Assembly (NCBI RefSeq): GCF_036365525.1 | Contig: NC_090378.1 | Location: forward strand, 123,737,593-123,801,592 | Source: Heterodontus francisci | Lineage: Eukaryota | Reading direction: 5' to 3' | DNA: 64,000 nucleotides | Shown here: positions 11,640-23,925 of the stretch, one piece after another | How the letters are laid out: every line of letters starts with the position of its first letter | Position numbering within the stretch: position 1 is the first letter of the stretch | Notes under the pieces: model-generated | What the model saw: the letters and a program-made list of their open reading frames with translations, nothing else | Told to the model about the DNA's origin: nothing | Databases searched by the model: none | Made by a program: the position numbers and the translations under genes

Positions 11640-14262
11640 ATGGGGCCTAATGCCCCTCCAGATCCTTCTTCACTTCCCTCTGACCCCACCCCTTCTGATC
11701 TGACCCCTTGCCGTGCATTCACTATACTCTCTGACCTCCCTCTCTCTGATGCTGAACGTTCTGTACTCAGCAAGGACTCAGTTTTATCCCCTTACGCCCC
11801 CACTGCAATGACATTCGCACTGGGCATGACATTGCACTCGTCTTCTGTCGCCTCTGCCTCTGGGCTCACTTCTTTGACCAGGAATCCTTACCCCGATCAG
11901 TAGACCCATTCATCTGCCTCCAGCATTCTCCCTCTACCGGGACCCCTCCGCGGCCTCTTACCCGCTCTTGATCTTTTCTTTGAAAACTGTCAGTGAGACA
12001 TTGGTCACCTCAATTTCTCTGCCCCTCTCACTCACTCTAACCTGTCCCCCTCTGAACCTGAGGCACTCCGTTCTCTCAGGTCTAACCCTGACATGGTCAT
12101 CAAACATGCAGACAAGGGTGGTGCTGCTGTTGTGTGGCATACCGACCTCTGCCTTGCAGAGGCTCAGCGCTAACTCTCAGACACTTCTTTATACCTCCCT
12201 CTGGACCATGACCCCACCACCGAACATCAAGCTACTGTCCACAGGACTGTCACTGACCTCATCTCCTCTGGAGATCTTCCCTCTACAGCATCTAACCTCA
12301 AAGCACCACAACCCCGGACAGGCTGCTTCTACCTCCTTCCCAAAATCCACAAACAGGACTGTACCGGCAGACCCATTGTGTCAGCCTGCTCCTGCCCCAC
12401 TGAACTTATTTCTTCCTATCTTGACTATCTTTTCTCCGCTGGTCCAGTCTCTTCCCACCTACATCCGTGACTCTTCTGATGCCCCACCTCATTTTGACAA
12501 TTTCCAGTTTCCTGGCCCCAACCGGCTCCTCTTCACTATGGACGTCCAATCTCTCTACACCTCCATCCCCCACCAGGACGGTTTGAGGGGTCTCCGCTTC
12601 TTCCTGAACACAGGCCCAACCAGTCCCCATCCTCCTCCGCCTGGCTGAACTTGTTCTCACATTGAACAACTTCTCCTTCAACTCCACTCACTTCCTTCAA
12701 ATAAAAGGTGTTGCTATGGGTACCGCATGGGTCCTAGTTATGCCTGTCTTTTTATGGGATATGTCGAACATTCCTTGTTCCAGTCCTACTCAGGTCCCCT
12801 CCCCCACCTCTTTTTCTGGTATATTGATGACTGTATCGGTGCTGTTTCCTGCCCCCGCCCCAAACTGGGAAACTTTATCAACTTTGCTTCTAATTTCCAC
12901 CCTTCTCTCACCTTTACATGGTCCATCTCCGACGTTTCCCTTCCCTTCCTTGACTTCTCTATCTCTATTTCTGGGGATAGGCTGTTCACTAATATCCACA
13001 GCTACCTTGACTACACTTCTTCACTCCCCGCCTCCTGTCAGGACTCCATTCCATTCTCCCAGTTTCTCTGTCTCCGACGCATATGCTCTGATGATGCTTC
13101 TGATATGTCTTCCTTTTTCTTCAACCAAGGATTCCCCCCCACTGCGGTTGACAGGGCCCTCAACCGTGTCCGCCCCATTTCCCGCACCTCTACCCTTACA
13201 CCTTCCCCTCCCTCCCAGAACCGCGACAGGGTTCCCCTTGTTCTCACTTTCCACCCCATCACCCTCCATATCCGAAGGATCATCCTCTGCCATTTCTGCC
13301 ACCTCCAGCATGATGCCACTACCAAAGGCATCTTCCCCTGTCAGCATTCCAACGGTATTGTTTCCTCCGTGACACCCTGGTCCACTCCTCCATTACCCCC
13401 AACACCTCATCCCCTTCCCACGGCACCTCCCTTGCAATCGCAGGAGGTGCAATACCTGCCCATCTCCTCTCTCCTCACTATCCAAGGCCCCAAACCCTCC
13501 TTTCACGTGAAGCAGCGATTTACTTGTACTTCTTTCAATGTAGTATTCGCTGCTCACAGTGTGGTCTTCTCCACATCAGAGAGACCGAAAGCAGACTGGG
13601 TGACCGTTTTGCGGAACACCTCCGCTCCGTCCGCAAGCAGGACCCCGAGCTTCTTGTTGCTTGCCAATTCAACACTCCCCCCTGCTCTCATGCTCACATC
13701 TCTGTCCTGGGATGCTGCAGTGTTCCAGTGAACATCAACGCAAGCTCGAGGAACAGCATCTCATTTAATGATTAGGCACACAACAGCATGCCGGCCTGAA
13801 AATTGAGTTCAATAATTTCGGTGCGTGACAGGCCCCCCATTTTACTTTTATTTTTAGTTATTTTTTCTTTTTCTTTTTTAAATATTTTTTTTGATTTCAT
13901 TTTGTTTTATTTCATCTCAGTTCAGTTTGCTTACCCACCGTTTTTTTTCTTGTTGGTACTTGTGGCTGTTCAATTTTCAGTCCGTTAACATCCTATCTGT
14001 ACTAATGCTTTGTCTTTCAACACACCATTAACATATAGTTTGCCTTTGCTCCACGACCTTCTGGTCAGCTATTCTGTGACATTGTCCTATCTACACCTTC
14101 TCCTTTGTTATATCTTGCCCCACCTCTTGCTTATAACCTTTCACATTTCTAATATTTGCCAGTTCTGAAGAAGGGTCACTGACCTGAAACGTTAACTCTG
14201 CTTCTCTCTCCACAGATGCTGCCTGACGTGCTGGGTTTCTCCAGCACTTTCTGCTTTGCTGC
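11640..14262 (+). mobile_element. Penelope-like element (RT plus GIY-YIG endonuclease), frameshifted
   Basis: FYLLPKIHK, TMDVQSLYTSIP, GVAMGT..MGPSYA, YIDD RT motifs; IRCSQCGLLHIRETESRLGDRFAEHL GIY-YIG remnant. Confidence 0.9.
14161..14197 (+). ncRNA. Minimal type I hammerhead ribozyme motif in the Penelope terminal repeat
   Basis: AGTT-CTGAAGA-A-GGGTC act GACCT-GAAA-CGTT-AACT: conserved core, stem II hairpin, palindromic AACGTT stem III, stem I AGTT/AACT. Confidence 0.65.
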
Positions 14263-15106
14263 CAGATTGACAGCAGCCCCAGTCTTCAACAGAGAGCTAA
14301 GTATTTGTTGGACAACTGTCAGGAAGCAGGTGCAGGGGCGCTTTAAATAGGGGACGGCTCATCGCAGTGATGCTAATGGGCCCCTGTGTGAAATATCACG
14401 GGGCTTTGGCAGTCGCAGCTGAATGCGGGCACCCCACAGAGTTCAAGGTCTCTGTCTGCAGCAATGATAAACTTGGGTGTTTTGCAGCCCCAGGCAGGGT
14501 TTGAATTTACAGCGCTGCCTGGAGAGAGACAGACAGACAGACCCACTACTTGCATCTGCACTGGTCAAAAGCAGGTGCTTGTCTCCCGTAGTGAAAAGAA
14601 ACTGCCAATTTTTACACAGATGGAAAGACTGTCATGTCATGGCTGTCCAATGTTTTCTCTCTTTTGTAATTTAGTTAGATCATGTCTGGATTCCAATCTC
14701 TCAAGGCCCCACTGTTTCAGTGTTTACCCTTTGAAGTTAGTCTCCAACAGTGTTAATGTTCCAAGATGGCTTTGAATGTCTTGTTAATGGAGGTAAGGCA
14801 GAGCTCATTCAAAATTCGCAAGCCATTGTTCTGGTGGGAAATTAATCAGATATTCGTCTCTGCCTTGATACACTGGTATGTGAGATATTTCAATGCAAAT
14901 TGTGGTGGCCATTTTAGCTGCTTTCTTTTTCAAGTTTAATTCAGGTTTCCAACCAATGGATTAAAAAAATCATTCGGCGTAGCACATGTTTATAACACTC
15001 TCCAGTTTGGTTAAAGCTTATTCAAATCATTCAACTCACAGCAACCTCGGAACACCAACTTTGAAACTGATCAAGCTAGTGGTGATAGAGATAAATAGAT
15101 ACACAT

Positions 15107-15198
15107 AGAAGGGTCACTGACCCGAAACGTTAACTCTCCTCTTTCCACAGATGCTGCCAGACCTGCTGAGTGGTTCCAGCATTTCTTGTTTTTATTAC
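15107..15198 (+). mobile_element. Short Penelope terminal-repeat fragment (5'-truncated hammerhead copy)
   Basis: AGAAGGGTCACTGACCCGAAACGTTAACTCT..CACAGATGCTGCC matches 14169-14255. Confidence 0.75.
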
Positions 15199-16740
15199 AC
15201 ATAGAATTTGGGAAGGAGAGAAGACTGGGATACAAGGAAAACTGAGGAAATACCATAGGCAACAGCAAAAAAATCCAGACATTTCAGCATGGGATGGGGG
15301 CAGACAATATAAAATAGGGAATGTGGAAGTGGCCACACAAGAAGTTGTAAATCAAATTGTTCAGACCACCACTTAGGTGAATAGCTTTTTGCCTCTTACA
15401 CTGAAATGGAGGATGGTGGGGGCGGGGAGGGCGGTGGGGGGTTGGAGGTGTGGGCTGATGTTGGAAGTCATACTGACCAGAACAAATAGTCTGTGGATAT
15501 GCCTAGTGTCATTTTCCAGCTGATGATCAATAATAAAATAATAAAAAAATTCGTACTGGGGAAAACTGGGACAAATCAGGAGGAAAAACAAAGACCTTGC
15601 ATATGAGGAATGCAAACCAGCGACTAGACTATTGAAGTGTATGTGGTTTTGTTACTCTGTTTTGATCAGCTGTTGTAAAAACATGGTAACACTGCTGTTA
15701 CCCAGTCACTGACCTTGGTTTCGAGGATACGGCTATCAATAAAGGTCAGATGGTCTCATTCAAGTAGGTGAGCTCTCAATGCACGAAACATGCAGATGGC
15801 AGTAATTATGGGCAGTGAAGTAACATTATTTATATATGAAGTACACACATCATACCAGAAGTTTGCTTCTATTTCAAAATAAAATCACGAAACATTTATG
15901 CACTGAAATTTATTTTAGTAACTTTTTAAAACAAATTACATAATATAAAAGGAATATGGAAAATATTTACAAAAATGTACACTTAGAAAATTTCACAAAT
16001 AACTCAGATGATTTCCTTTAATATCTGTGTCTACTGTTGTTGGCATAGCCCAGATTCTGAACCTTTTTATAGTGAGTGGCTTTCTGTAATTGTGTCTGAT
16101 TAGTAAATCCTTTACAGGGCACCAAGTGATAGATAGGAGGAGGAAAGAAAATACATTGGCCTCCCAAAACCAGGGTAATGAGCTCCATAAAGACCCTCCT
16201 CATCACAGCACATAGATTCAGATTGGGAAAGGACACTGGAACAGTGTGTGTGGAAGACACTAGAAATGTTAAAGTGCTTCAACACTTGCTTTCTCTGCTG
16301 GTTAATTTACACATAGTGCAAAACTGAATTTGATAGGGTCTCATATACTGTTAAGACATTCTTGGCATTTTTGCTACTTTGAAGGGATTTTGTTTTGGAT
16401 AAATCTATTGAGTGAACATACAGAATCAATGCTATCCTACACCTGTGAAGTGATTGCACTAAAATGAAGAGGTCAATGAATTAGTGTCTGATTAGGATCT
16501 TGAACATCAAGGCCCCTGCACTTTCACTCACAAAGGGTATTGCTTATTCTTTTAACAGATCACTGTAGGCAAGCCCACACTAGATAATGGCAGTTTCAAG
16601 TAATTGAACACAAATAAGGATAAATGAGGGACAAAAATAAGTGTAAAAGTATTCATATCTCAGGGATCTGGTCCCCCCTCTGCATCCTTTGAAGATTTCT
16701 TTCCCTAAAAAGGCTAACATTTACAAATATATATATACAT

Positions 16741-19700
16741 TGTCATGCAGGCCCCCACCAGCCAAGAATGAGGCACATTAATTTCACCACATGCACGTTA
16801 AACTTCAAATTGTTGCTGGGAAAAGAGGGCCTATTACAAGAAATTTCCAGGCCCCTAGCCTGGAAAATACATTTTTGCGAACTAGCAGACAGTGTTGGCA
16901 CAAAGGAACCAGTCCCTGCTCCCGACACACAGAAGACATGGTCAGACTACTTTAGTCAGATGACTATAATAAATAATTATAATATAGCATCTGCAGTATT
17001 GTGCTTTTATTTTAGTCACCTGACTAACTGGCTGTTGCAGGTTTTGAACGCGCCACAGTGAATTTGAAGACAGAAAGCTACTGGCTCCTGGATTGAGAAC
17101 ATCTCTCTCCTGTCTGCTCTCATTTCATTCTTCCCAGCTTTGGAATCCATTGAAGACACAAGAACCCCAAGAGAGAGAAATGTCTCCAACAGTGAGCAAT
17201 GTTTAAGAAGAATACTAAGCCCCAATGAAAAGCAAGAATTACCTGCAAGAAAGAACTACCTACAAAAGGACTCGACAGTGAGCTCGAAGCACAGTAACAA
17301 GAAACTGTTCAGAGATTGCCTCAAAGTTCTCCACTTGATTTTTCTTCTGCTCTTTCTGTCTCTATTTGCATGTGCCCATCGCGTATGCATGCGAGCTAAA
17401 GGATTATCATTTTTAATCCAAGACTTTATTTGCCACGATGAAAACCCCAGTTGGGGGGAAATGGCTGTGAAAAGAACAGTGTTTAAAACACAATTACCAG
17501 AGGACAGGCTGTTGGTCTCACATCAGAAAGGACAAGCTTTTCAAATGCTAAACCAAAACCCACTCCACCCAACAGAGACATTGCCTTCTGCTCTCAACCA
17601 GCCACCCACATCATCACTGGCTCCAAGGTGCCTAAGGAGACAATGAAATCCACTGGTTTTATATATAATCAAGTCAATCGGACAACAGAACCCATCGGAA
17701 GCAGTTCACACCTTGTATAGTACTCAACTAGATGACGAAGACCAACAGTTCCCATTGTCCGTCCTCCCCACTCCCCCACCGAAACCAGCCAGATGAAAAT
17801 ACCACATATTCAAACAAAGCTTTCTCACCAGGGACATGACAAGATCAGTCAGAAAAAAGGGAACATTCCGATTTTGGTGGAAAAAGCAAGACCGCTGAAA
17901 CAGTAGAAGTGAAGCAGCCTGAGGAAGGAGAGGATTGAACAGTTGATGTCAAATGGACAGCAGCCACACAGCTCTACAGGACAGAAGATCAGAGCACGCT
18001 GCTCCCTCTATAACCAGGACCAAAGGAAGTTGCATGCCCTAAGGAATGGTTACAGCCCCAAGGACTTTGATCGCAGAAGACACGACCCGGCATTCAAAGT
18101 CAGCAGGGTGAGCAGCCTGCAGAATACTCAACTCACAGTCATGTGGAGAGTTACCTCTGCATGTCCCGACCAAACCTTAGAAAAGGGGGTTAGTGTAGTG
18201 TTGGGAGTTAACCGACTGTGAGTTAGGGAACGTAATCGATTTGTTGTTAGTCATATAGGAACATTAGCATGGGTTTTGCCACACTGAGATTCGCAGTACA
18301 TATTGAACATACTTTCATTATTCGAAATCTGAAACCTGCATCGATTGCATTATTCATCATCCTTCAGTGTGATTCATGAAGGTAAGCCCAGACCTTCGAC
18401 CGTAAATCAGTGGGTTCGGTTGTGACCAGCAAGGCTAAATGAACCTCACACAATCGGAAACACTCTGCAGAGCGTGGGGCATGATGTGTATCCGTAGGCG
18501 TTAACCGAATTACCATTTAAATTTTAATAAATTTGACTTTTCTTCTTTAAACCTAAAAAAGCCAGTTTGTGCTCATTTCTTTGCCTTATATTTGGAAAGT
18601 GGTGAACAAGGATTCACCAAAGGGGGAGCTCAAAACACGGCATGTTTAAAAGTAAAGCCTGTTACAGGAAGACCAGGTGAAGGCTGAAGCGGATCCCCAG
18701 ACACCTTTCTCACCTGGTCATAATAGAAATTTGGGTGCCTGTGTCCGTAACTTTACCCATAGACAAACAAGAGAAATTGGAAATGGGAAACCTAATTGTT
18801 CACAATCAAAAAGAGCAAGTTTTCAATACAGGTTTTCTCCTGGTCGTGTGTGATTGAATACTAACATGTCTGCAACTGAAGCTAGCAGCTCTCCAAGCCA
18901 GGGTGAAGTAACTTGGGATAACTTAAAAGCACTGTCTATGGAGGTGTTGAGGAACACGGCTGAGCAGTGTGGGATCACAGTACTAGGAAGTCTGAACTCC
19001 GAAGGCTAGTGGCCAACTATTGTCTCCTTGAATCTGAAGAAGCAGAAACAGGGTCAGAAGCAGAATTCGACAGGGTATTGTTCGCAAAGGTACAATTGGA
19101 ACAGCGGAAACTTGGCTTTGAGGAAAGAGAGTGGGAGAAAGAGAGAGCCTTCCAAAGGAATGTGAAGAGAAAGAGAGAGCCTTCCAAAAAAGAATGGGAA
19201 AAGAAAGAGAGAGCCTTCCAGAAAGGAATGAGAAGTGAATGAAAGGCAAAAGAGAGAGAAAGACAGGAGAAGGAACAAGAGAGAGAGGAGCGAGAGAGAG
19301 AAAGAATATTCCAGAAAGAATCCGAAGAAAGAGAGCTGAAGCGGCTTGAGTTAACTCAGGGGTGACAGAGTAACCTCAGTGCAAGCATGGCCAATATGGA
19401 GGAGCATAATTCAGACTGGGCAAAAAATTGCTAAAACTTACTGATGCCAAAATTCAATGATGAAGATGTGGAGGCCTTTTTTGTGTCTTTTGAGAAACTG
19501 GCAAGGCAGCTGAAACGGCCAGCTGAGACCTGGTCTCTTTTACTTCAAAGCAAGCAAACTGGAAAAGCCCATGAGGTTCATTCCTTGTTGCTAGATAAGA
19601 GTTCAGCAAATTATGAACTGACCAAAAAGGCTATCCTTGGGGCATATGAACCCTCAGGAAGCAAGCTAATCAAACCTACCTGGAGTTTAAAAGAAGTAAG

Positions 19701-22700
19701 CAGCTGGCTTTTGACCAGTGGCTGAGGGCTCTTAAAATACCGCAAAGCTATGTGAATCTCAGGGAAGTAGTTCTGTTGGAGGAATTAAAAATCTCTCTCC
19801 CACTCTCAATAAAGACCCATATAATGGAGCAGTGCGTCCAGAGAGGCTGGCAAGAGGCCATTCTGGCTGATGAGTTTGCTTTAATTTATCGGTCGGTTTC
19901 CCAGGGGAAAACCTTTCCTAATCACTCCCACAAATCCGAAAAGGACAAAGGGTGGGAAGGTGATCTCCACCCAGGCAATCCTGGGAGAGAAAGGAAAGCA
20001 GGACACACAGGGGGCCCTCCAGACAAAAAGGAAGGTGCAGTGAGCAAGAGTGAGACCCGAAGACCTGTGTGCTTCCATTGTAATAAAGCAGGGCATTTAA
20101 AAGCTGACTGCTGGAAACTAAAGGGAAAATCGATAGGGTTAATCAGGGCACACCTGCTCAGTAAAGACGGGGACCTGGTGCAAAACACAGAACAAGCTGT
20201 GGCTTTAACTGCAGCAAGAATGCAACCCAGGAAGCTTACTACAGCCAGTGCTGGAAAAGCTGATAGGATTCCTGAAGGCTATCAGGGTTTTGTGTTTGAA
20301 GGGAAATTAACCCCATACCCCTCGAGTGAGGCCAGCAAGCCCAGAGTAATTCTCAGGGACACAGGACTCACTAGATCCCTTTTACTGGGAAAAGGCCTGA
20401 CCTTTCCCCCAGGGAGTGCAGTGAATACCAAAATGGTGGTGAATGGTGTTGGAGGGCAGTGTATACATGTACCTGATTACCGGGTGCACCTGGAGTGCAA
20501 CGTTGTTTCGAGATCAGTGACCGTAGGGATTGTCCCTAGTTTGTCTGTGGACAAGATTGACCTGTTCCGTGGTAATGATCTGGCGAGGGTGAAGGTGGTA
20601 GCCCCAACCCCCCCACCAAGTAGTGAAAGAAAGACCACAGGAGGTCAGAAAGACAGGGCAGTGGCAGGAGATGGTCTCCTGCAGTTTCCCTGAATGTGTA
20701 GTGGATCGGGCCATGATCAAACCAGCTCCCCCAGAAATTACTGCATTTGCACTGCAGGCAGATGACCATGAGGTCTGCCTGTCCGAGACATTCTTTGGAA
20801 AGTTAGAAGACCCAGGGAATGAATTAAATGGATTATCCCTAGCTGTGGCTCAGCAAGCCGACCCAGTATTGCGAGAGTTAGCATGGGCTGTCTAGTCTGA
20901 AAGAGAAGCAGAGTGAGTCCCTAATTGCAACTATTTAAAGAATGAGGTACTGATGAGGAAATGGAGTTCTCCTCACAGACCTGAGAGCAAGGAGAGGGCA
21001 TTAGTTCACCAATTAGTGGTTCCGCAGAGGTACCGGTTGGAAATATTAAGAAGGGCCTACAAGGCCACAGTGGCTGTACATGTCAGTATACGAAAGACCA
21101 AAGCCCGCATAAGACAGCAGTTTGACTGGCCAAAACTGCACTAAGATATGGCGGAGTACTGGAGGAGTTGCTACATATGGCAGATTGAGGGGAAACCCCG
21201 ACCTACGATGAAACATGCATCCCTATGTCCTGTACTGGTGTTAGGCAGACCCTCCATCTGAAGGCTGGTGCACTGTAAGGGACCTCGACCAAGAACAAAA
21301 AGGGACAGGCAGGTGCAAGGCTGGCAAAAGTTCAGAAAAAGTAGGGGAAAAAGTGTCCAAGAGGGCAGGTTAAAGGAAGCCCGAGAGAAAGTCCTGAAGA
21401 AAATCCCTACTGTCTGGTCAGCCAACCCCGAAAAGTGTGAAAAGTTGGACCCCACATCCTCCTACGTAAATGCAGACTCTAGAAGCAGCCCACCAGAATT
21501 GATAACATCATTTACAGGAACCTGCAGCGATAAAGAGAGACCTCTAGGGGAGGCACAGAAACCATGAGGGTGATGCCTCACCTAGCCAAAGTGCCACAGG
21601 AGAATACGGTCAAGTCTGCACAACTACCTACAGGTATGAGTGTCTCAGAGAACAAAGGGCAGATTAACAAAGAATTTTCCCTTACAGTCAGAGAAAAAGG
21701 GAACCAAACATCCCCTGAAGTAATTGGGCATTGGGCAAACTGAAGAAAAGCTTCCCCAAAGAACCACCTGGTTGCTGGGATGCCAAAAAGGGGAAATTAA
21801 AGCAGCACCCAGAAAAGACAATTTTATTAAGCTTTAAGATTTATGAATGCATGAAAATGAATGAGCGAAATACATGGTTTTCTTTCTCTCACACCTTTTA
21901 ATGAAATGTCTTTTTTTCAAATCGCATTTCATTCCCCAGGGTCTGAAGGTGTTGTGCAGGCCCCCACCAGCCAAGAATGAGGCACATAAATTTTGCCACA
22001 TGGACATTAAACTTCAAATTGTTGCTGGGAAGAAAAGAGGGTCTATTACAAGGAATTGCCAGGCCCCTAGCCGGAAAGACATTTTTGCACACTAGCAGAC
22101 AATGTTGGAATAAAGGAACCAGTCCCTCCTCCCAGTACATAGAAGACATGATCAGACCACTTTAGTCATATGACGAACTGGCTGTTGCAGGTTTTGAACT
22201 CGCCACAGAGAATCTGAAGACAGAAAGCTGCTGGCTCCTGGATTGGGAACATCTCTATCTTGTCTCCTCTCATCTCATTCTCCCCAGCTTTGGAATCCAT
22301 TGTAGACAATGGAACCCTAAAAGAGAGAAATGTCTCCTACAGGGAACAAGGTTTAAGAAGAATACTGGGCCCCAACGAAAAGCAAGAATTACCTCCAGCA
22401 AGAACTGCCTACAAAAGGACTCGACAGTGAGTTCGAAGCACAGTAACAAGAAACTGTTCAGAGATTGCCTCAGACCTCTTCACTTTATCTTTCTTCTGCT
22501 CTTTTCTGTCTCTATTTGCATGTGCATATCAGGTATGCGTGCTCGCGTGGGGCGCGGCGTGTATCCGTAGGCGTTAACTGGATTAGAGTTCAAATTTAAG
22601 TTTTAATAAATTTCACTTCTCTTTAAACCTAAGAATGCCTGTTTGTGCTCATTTCTTTGTCTTATAATTGGAAAGCGGTGAACAAGGATTCACCAAGAGG

Positions 22701-22799
22701 GAGCTCAAAACACAGTGTGTTTCAAATTAAATCCTGCTGCAGTAGTCCAGGTGAAGGTTGAAAAGGAGCCCTCGACACCTTTCTCGCTTAGTCATAACA
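16741..22799 (+). mobile_element. Two-LTR Gmr1-like Gypsy retrotransposon with internal deletion (no RT/RNase H)
   Basis: LTRs 16741-18725 and 21950-22799 are homologous; degenerate tRNA-Pro PBS after 18725; gag PKFNDEDVEAFFVSFEKLA, CFHCNKAGHLKADC knuckle, protease LRDTG, then directly the integrase Zn-binding region LVVPQRYRLEIL..H..FDWPKL..C. Confidence 0.9.
17397..18469. mobile_element. 1073-bp insertion (probable solo LTR) inside the 5' LTR
   Basis: Absent from the 3' LTR; flanked by GAGC direct repeats (17393-17396, 18470-18473); ends in CA. Confidence 0.65.
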
Positions 22800-23047
22800 A
22801 TGTATACAAAATAACAGTAAAATATAAAGCTGAACATGAATTCAAAATAATTGCAACATAATGGCAATCATAAACTTTTTCCTAATTTCTTGCAGTTGTC
22901 CTTTGTTGAAGATAAGTCTGATTCTGTGCCTGCAGAAGAGATTGAAGAACTGGAAAAATAAGAGAAGGCAGGAAAGGTCTGCTAAAGATCTCAAGGGCTA
23001 TCCCACGACTGATTGGTAGATCACACCTGCATAAAACGTTTGTCTCC

Positions 23048-23229
23048 TCACAGTGTAATCCTGCTTAGTGTGTGCGTCAAGGTTCCCTCTTTGGGTGCTC
23101 TGGGTAGTGTCGAGCACGATTGCGTTTGCAGCCAAGCCAGTTCGTCTGTGTTTGGAATTCTCAGGAGAAGGTCAAGGTTTGCAGGGTACCAAGCACGGAA
23201 CACATTGTCCTTCTCTGATATCACCAACT
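23048..23229 (-). CDS. Orphan gene model, terminal coding exon 4
   Basis: Acceptor ctcctgcttttcag; phase 1; (E)LVISEKDNVFRAWYPANLDLLLRIPNTDELAWLQTQSCSTLPRAPKEGTLTHTLSRITL*. Confidence 0.55.
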
Positions 23230-23454
23230 CTGAAAAGCAGGAGAAATGTACATTGGTATTTACACATACATTTTTATAGTGTTGATTGGATTAAGCATAC
23301 AACTATAATCTAGATGTAGAATTATGAATGGCTGAGAGTAATAGGATTAGAATTTGTTGCAAGGATTCAGAATGTATCACAAACTCACAAGAGAAAAGTT
23401 TGTAGGTTTCCACCATTATTGCATAGGCCCAATAACTGAAAAGAAAAACATTTT

Positions 23455-23700
23455 AAAATCCATTCTCAGGATATGAGTATTGCTGGCACAACCAGAATTT
23501 ATTCCCTGTCCTTAGTTACCCCCCGAGAAGATCAGTACTGGCTGCCTTTTTCGTCACAGTTTGATAGAATTAGGTGGCTTGCTAAGCCTCTTCAGAGGGC
23601 AGTTAAGGGTCGACCATGCATGGGCCAGGCCAGGTAAGGATATCAGGTTTCCTTTCTTAAAGAACATGAATGAACAATTGGGTTTTTACTCTGGTCCAAC
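23455..23700 (-). mobile_element. DeuSINE (SacSINE1-like) fragment: Deu domain joined to the LINE tail
   Basis: Reverse complement resembles 52350-52500 followed closely by the tail seen at 55350-55445. Confidence 0.6.
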
Positions 23701-23734
23701 AGTTAAACAGCTATTGAGTTACCACTGCAAAACA

Positions 23735-23925
23735 TTGACAAACGTCATTCTTCCTTCATTGTTGGGTCTGAATCTTGGAATTCCCTACCTAATAAAAATG
23801 GGGAAACACCATCATCAAAAAAACAGCAGCGGCTCAATGATAGGGCCTGTCCCACCACCTTGTCAGGGCAATGAGGGATGAACAATAAATGACAGCTTTA
23901 CCAGTGATGCTTGTATCCAGAGAAT
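23735..23925 (+). mobile_element. LINE 3' tail fragment (family of 52198-55455)
   Basis: Similar to 55260-55445 (ttccttcattgttgggtc..cagggcaatgagggatgaacaataaatg). Confidence 0.6.

Larger units (their letters stand above)
10099..14481 (+). mobile_element. Harbinger DNA transposon with HARBI1-like transposase pseudogene (~10560-11470)
   Basis: FQGPTRDLCGVTQSAVHRCIREVTNAL, DCSHVAI, GWLLGDKGYPL, EERYNASH..IEQEIGMLK motifs; imperfect TIRs AGGGCTCAATTTTATCA / TGATAAACTTGGG..; TAA precedes the left end. Confidence 0.75.
9747..14997. mobile_element. Solo LTR interrupted by nested Harbinger and Penelope insertions
   Basis: Termini TGTTAT (9747) and ATAACA (14997) are perfect inverted ends; 4-bp TSD CTCT at 9743-9746 and 14998-15001. 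Confidence 0.75.
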
